Positions 57,594 through 64,000 of a DNA stretch of 64,000 nt are shown in pieces (within the stretch, counting starts at the first letter, position 1; each line of letters opens with the position of its first letter). A program made the translations under genes and the position numbers. The DNA lies in contig OX597819.1 in assembly GCA_951406725.2 (NCBI GenBank), forward strand, positions 52,204,001 to 52,268,000, given 5' to 3'. This DNA comes from Octopus vulgaris. Taxonomy: Eukaryota. Below the pieces are notes generated by a model. It made no database searches. It saw nothing but the letters and a program-made list of their open reading frames with translations, and was not told the origin of the DNA.

Positions 57594-57699
57594 ATCGCCT
57601 GAGGAAACACATCTAGATCTCATTATGCAAACAAACAGTTCCATATTCAAATACCTATATTCTTGGAGAACTATTTTGTGTCGAAACAATTGTAGCGAT
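57594..57699 (+). ncRNA. Type-I hammerhead motif, canonical core, long stem-II loop
   Basis: atcgc CTGAGGA aacaca [~65 nt] tgtgtc GAA acaattgt A gcgat; ~55 nt upstream of (TA)n. Confidence 0.75.
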
Positions 57700-57753
57700 T
57701 AATAAAGAAATGTGCAACCTTACTCTTTCTTCTTGACGTCAATTACTTCACTT

Positions 57754-57822
<69 letters not shown>

Positions 57823-57823
<1 letters not shown>

Positions 57824-57950
57824 TGAAGAGCGTAGGCTCGAAACGTACAAGACTTGTTTTATTTCTATTCCTGAGCGCCATACTAATACAATTGTTTGTT
57901 TGTACTCCACCTGCCTTCGTCTTTTGTTTATTTTCGTAAAGCTTCCTGTT
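57823..57950 (+). mobile_element. Short (TA)n-flanked pLTR remnant starting inside an HHR
   Basis: ttgaa gagc gtag gctc GAA acgt A caagac: stem II, GAA and palindromic stem III are present; the 5' core is incomplete. Confidence 0.5.
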
Positions 57951-58399
57951 ATATATATATATATATATATGTACACACACACACACGCTTATATATACAA
58001 ACATACATACATACATGCATACATACATACATACATACATACATACATACATACATACATACATACATACATACATACATGCATACATACATACGTGTGT
58101 ATATGCGTGTGTGTGTGCTTTAAACTTATTGTCTGCGATATTGTGTCGGGGTCTCACCGGGTATATCACCCCTTATAACATTTTGAATGTGACACATGCC
58201 TGACTAAACTTCGCATTTACAGTCAATATGATTAGAATAGATATTAGACGCTACAACTGCATTATTTAGTTCTTTGGATGCGTGCATCCGTGTGTGTTTC
58301 CTCAATGTTAAACGGCACGAAATCGGTGCTTTCTTTATTTGCTTTTTACTTATCAATCAGTGTACTTCTTTCTCTCTATCTCTCTCTGTCTCTCTGTCA

Positions 58400-58467
<68 letters not shown>

Positions 58468-58724
58468 TTTGTGTGTACGAATGTGTGTGTATCTATATAT
58501 ATATGTATATATGCGTATGTATGTGTATATATGTATATGTGTGTATATGTATGTATGTGTATATGTGTATATATATATATGTACATATATATACATATAT
58601 ACATATCTATATACACACATTTGTCTACATACACACATACACGTATACATATGTGTATATACGTGTGCGTATGTGTGTGCGTGCTTATATATATAAATAT
58701 GTATACCTGTGTCTATATGCTGAG

Positions 58725-59000
58725 ACCCCCTTCGACCATATCTGAGCATAGGATTGCACCTAGAAATTTACCCTCCCAGGCACAAATCCGAGCAAGGTTG
58801 TTCATGGAAGACCAGCAATCACCCATGCATACCGGCCTCCTCTCTCCACGCCACCAGTGTTATCCAAGAGAAAGGCAAAGGTACACAGCTTGGTACCTGT
58901 GAAGTCGCAACTCATTTCTTCAGCTGAGTGAACTGGAGCAACGTAAAATAAAGTGTCTTGCTCAAGAACACAATACACAGCACGGTGCGAGAATCGAGAA
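58725..59000 (-). mobile_element. CORE-type SINE, 5'-truncated
   Basis: cagctgagtgaactggagcaacg...aagtgtcttgctcaagaacaca. Confidence 0.7.
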
Positions 59001-59053
59001 AAACTGCACATTTCAAGAGTTATTGCTGTTTCATCAGCGCCACATCCAACATA

Positions 59054-59091
<38 letters not shown>

Positions 59092-59502
59092 AATTTTCTG
59101 GAAAACGCAGTCATTTGAGAATCAATGAGTAATCGATATATGTGTGTGTGCGTGTGCCAGCGTGCCTGCCTGCCTGCCTGCATGTGTGTGTGAGTGTACG
59201 CGCGCGGGCGTGTGCCTGTGTGTGAGTGTACGCGCGCGGGCGTGTGTATGTGCGTGTCTAAATGTGTATGTGAAGTTAGGAAACAAATTAGTGCCTATCA
59301 CGCGTCAGAGAAGTCTGACAAGTTGTTCCATATGTAACACGTTTCAATTGTGTCTTACATCGCAGGAAATTCACTATATTATCTAGTCAAACAATAATTA
59401 ATCAGTCTTTCCATATATCTATCGATTGCTCAGTCTGTCTCTCTGCTTATCCATTCATCTATTTTTCCATCTATCAATCAGTTATGTTCACCATCTGTGC
59501 AG

Positions 59503-59572
<70 letters not shown>

Positions 59573-59677
59573 GTCTGTCTGTCTGCCTGTCTGTCTGTCT
59601 GTCTGTCTAGCTATTCTCTTTCTTCCTCCTTGTGTATGCATGCATATGTACATACATACACATATATAGATATATGC

Positions 59678-59744
<67 letters not shown>

Positions 59745-59837
59745 AGAGAGAGAGGGAGAGAGAGACAGAGACAGACAGGCAGAGATAGACAGGCCGAGAC
59801 AGAGACGTATATAAATATATGTATGTATATATGTATG

Positions 59838-59896
<59 letters not shown>

Positions 59897-60476
59897 TATA
59901 CATATATATATGTGTGTGTATATGTGTGTGTGTGTGTTTAGGTGTGTGTGTATGTGAGTGTGTGTGCATACATGCATGTACGTATATATGCATATAGACA
60001 CAGCTGCAACCATATCTACCTGTCCACCCACACAACCATTCTTGCAACCATTCATTTAACCAACCGACTAACCAACCAACCAACCAGCCAGCTCACCAAC
60101 CTACCATCCTTCCTCCTCGTTCGTTCTACTCTCTCTGCCGTAAATAAGACTTCATCCCTCTTGAGTTTTATTAATTACAACACTTCGGCCATCTTCTAGC
60201 CAGCCACATGTTTTATTCTGTCAACGTCCAAGTAAGTAAATAAGTATGTAAGTATGTAAGTAAGTGGAAGTAGGATTTAAAAGATTGATAAATAATTTAG
60301 AACCAATAGCAATTATCGCTATATGGATGAATAAAATAAGCAAGCCATATGACTTCCTTCTTTCAGCACAAGACCAAACCTGTGTTGACACGTACGCACA
60401 ACGATTTAATCAACTCTTTAAATATATCTGTTCATACAGCTGACGTCTTTGTGTGTGTATATGTACGTGAATATAA

Positions 60477-60550
<74 letters not shown>

Positions 60551-61181
60551 CAGTGCATTTGTGTGTTTGTGTGTATATGTGTTAGCAAGCACGAATGCTT
60601 ACATGCAAATTTATATTATATACACACATACATGCAGATAGAGACACACATGAATATGTTCATACATATATGCATCGCATTTCATCTGAAAGGTGACGTC
60701 TGCTTTTCAGTGCAAAACGTAGTTTCTAAATGAAAGAGATAACAATGATGAATAAAAGAGATAACGATGCCTCTATACTTCCACATGGAAATCGAAAGTA
60801 CCAATGATTCCATAAGCCTACTGAAGCTATCACCCTCATCACCAGCTGTTGCCTAAAAGATACTCTCAAGGTGCTCCTACCTTCCCATGGGAAATGGTAT
60901 TGTTGCCAAAAGTATTTGCATGAAAACTTGTCCTGGCAGTCATATAAAAGTCGAATCGGAACCGTTATGTGTTCACACCTTTACAGGCACAATCCATCTG
61001 GGTATCTTGATGTTTAAAGATGTTCTTCCTTCTGTAACCCGTTCAGATATTTTTGTTTGTTTTTGTTTTTAACAATTTTGTCCCAAACAAGGCAGGCACT
61101 GTAATGTTAGAGACTACAAAGAAGGAAAAGAAGAAGCCTAGAAATTCGAAAGTAGTAGATTGAGAGAGAACTTTGAAGGAC

Positions 61182-61239
61182 CGAATATCATAGAGCAGAC
61201 GACAACGCACCGAATATCAAAGAGCAGACGACAACGCAG
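61182..61239 (+). repeat. 29-bp tandem duplication
   Basis: cgaatatcaWagagcagacgacaacgca x2. Confidence 0.9.
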
Positions 61240-62574
61240 TGATAGTAAATTCCAGAGAACAGCAGTTCGGGGGAAGATACTACTGTATTTAGCTCTCTCA
61301 ACAGAACGTTGTATATTTGTGCACGTACTTTATGGGTAACCAGAAACTTGATACTTTGTGGATCCGAACGAGGGGATGAGGTACTTCTTAGAATATGATT
61401 TCTTCCTACGATTGGTTTTTCTCTTGCGCATATTGTTTTGAACATTCTCATCCATGGTAATACATGCCTCTTTCTAGTTACATCTCCCTAAAATATTTTG
61501 TTATTTTTGCTACTGATAATGTATTGGATTTTAATTTTTTCTTTTTTTTTTCGTTCTTTACCAAATTCTTGGTAAAACTGTTTCGAGTAAGAAACAATTT
61601 CTTTAGTCCAAAGATTTGTTGTTATTTTTCATAACAACGGATTCTAAGCAATTTAACGAGGATTTCTCGTTTTGGCTTTCTTTGATTTTCGGTAGTATTC
61701 TATATAATATATTATATTGTATTTGTGGCTCTGCGTTTGTTCCGTTTGTGTCTTTTTGCTTTCGATCTCATTAAAAGGTCTTTTCTTTCATTGTCTGTAG
61801 TTCTCGGTTTGTTTGTTTTTCCCCTTTGTTTATTAGAGTTCAGATATTCCTCTATGAGAAACTTTTCAAAAAGTATCCATTTTCCTTTGTGACTACTGCA
61901 GCTACATAGATTATTTGGTTTATCCTGGTGATATTGATGTTCGTATCTGTTTTCGATATGTCTATGATGGTACGCTTTATCTTTATTTATATCGTTGTTA
62001 CTATTTTATCATAAAGTTTTATTTTGAAGTGGGATGGGGCGGTGGGTTCATTGGTACATAGAAAAATCTATAGATTTAATTTATTAAATATTCCACTTCT
62101 AAATTATTGTCATATTTCAAATTTCCATTTTTAGAAATTTTTTTTTTACTCTTAGATCTTTCTCATGTTCACTTGTGTTCCTATATTTCTTGGTTTGATT
62201 CTGCTTCGGTTTCGGTCGATATTCTATAGGTATGCTGCTGTTTGATTTTATTTTACTTTTGCTAGTTCTATCTTTGTGATTTATGTTCGCAATATTTATA
62301 GCTTTAATATTTATTATTCAGTTTATATTTTTGTAATATCATTATGCAGTCTTTCTTCTAAGCATTCTATATCTCTTATTATATATCTTTCGTTTTAACT
62401 ATTTATACTCTCAAATTATTTAGTTAGTGGGGATCGAAACCTTTGCTCCAAGATTAAGGCTGTTCTTTCTCTCTCCAGTAGTTATATGTGTGGGCGTTTG
62501 TATGTATATACGTTTGTATGTATGTATGTATGTATGTATGTATGTATGTATGTATGTATGTATGTATGTATGTA

Positions 62575-62611
<37 letters not shown>

Positions 62612-63590
62612 ATGTATGTATGTATGTATGTATGTATGTATGTATGTATGTATGTATGTATGTGAGGGCCAGAGTGTTGTGGTGAAATATGTTTCATTCA
62701 TCGTGAGTATCAGTTTATTTTAGCCATACAAACAGATATCAGCTGACGTGTATTGAATAATGGATAACTGGTTCTATGAATCCCTATAAAAAAACATGTA
62801 TTTTACGTAAATGCTGGTTCGAATTTCGTTTAAGCCACTTTCATCAATGCTGACCAATATGACCGTAAAAATGACTGAAAGTGGCGCAGTTAAAACTGAC
62901 CAGCAATATTGGAGAATATATGAATCTAATTTAACTTTCCTCTAATTACATGAAATGACTGAAACGTGTACTCGAATCTCCAATAATAACAGAATTTTGA
63001 AAACATCAATTTGATGGATAAAACTATTGCAATTGAAATTTTTAAGAACTATCTAGATATTGTAGACTTTAACAATTGCTTTGTTTTCGTAAAAGTTACA
63101 TTATTCCAACTAATTAGTAAATGCTTCTACGTAAATTATACACGATATTTTTCATTCCAAAACAAACTTCAGAATTTGCTGCTTTCAACATCCAAAATTC
63201 CGTTTCCCGTTTGTGCAGGGTAAAAAAAAAAAGGTTTTTCTTTTGTTTTTTTTTTTAATTGTTTCTTCCTTTCTTCGTTCTGACTGACAGCATTATTAAC
63301 GCATCAATGCTTCAATGGAATTTATGGAGCGGTTAAAATTCTACTGGGACGATGCTTACCCCAAACTTAAACCACTTCCCAAACGAACACTTTCGACAAA
63401 AGGCATCAGCAGTTATTGTTACCTTTTCCCCCTTTTTCTTTTTTTTTTTTGTTCTTTTTCAGTTCCGAAAGATTGCTGTCACATATTGCTCTTCCATCTC
63501 GTAAACCTGTTATAGGAAAGAGCGATAAAAATGTAAACAAATCACCGCCATCATCACTATCTTCATCACTTCTCTCCCTCTTTATCTCTC

Positions 63591-63669
<79 letters not shown>

Positions 63670-64000
63670 ACAATATCAGTGTCTCTATCTCCATTCTCTA
63701 TTTCTCTGTTCCACTTTCTGTCTGATTTTCTCTCACCTGTTCTCTTACATAACTATCCATCTTTCTTCTTCTTCTTCTTCTTCTTCTTCTTCTTCTTCTT
63801 CTTCTTCTTCTTTTTCTTCCACTTCTTCCTCCACTTCTTCTTCCACTTCTTCTTCTTCACCTTTTTCCTACACCTCCCCTTCTTCCTCCTCTTCCTCCCC
63901 TTCCTCTCCTTCTTCCTCTTCCTTCTCCCCTTCTTCCTCTTCTTCTTCTTCATCCTCTTCCTCCTCCTCCTCCTCTTCCTCTTCCTCTTCCTCCTCTTTT

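Noticed and set aside
61100-62420. T-rich block that might be a decayed LINE ORF on the minus strand
   Set aside because: Strand-biased composition only; no motif identified.

Overview
Repeat-saturated, AT-rich eukaryotic DNA with no recognisable host-gene exon. The SINE, mariner and microsatellite content resembles an octopus (coleoid cephalopod) genome; this is inferred from recalled repeat families, not from a search. Nearly all ORFs in the track are microsatellite artefacts. The one real long ORF (27136-29289, minus) is a Penelope-like retroelement (PLE) encoding RT plus a GIY-YIG endonuclease, inserted between (TA)n tracts. Its conserved N-terminal motif lies upstream of the first Met, and it is overlapped by a uORF through an in-phase U_UUU_UUA heptamer. 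The main hidden structure is about 10 minimal type-I hammerhead ribozyme (HHR) motifs in small non-coding, mostly microsatellite-flanked units. Together they show all four Watson-Crick variants of the core 3-8 pair. Several sit inside long inverted repeats, and one is in a 535-bp tandem dimer (retrozyme-like). The rest is at least three tRNA-SINE families (often nested), Tigger and mariner relics, two MITEs and LINE fragments. All folds and coordinates were read by eye, so boundaries are approximate.
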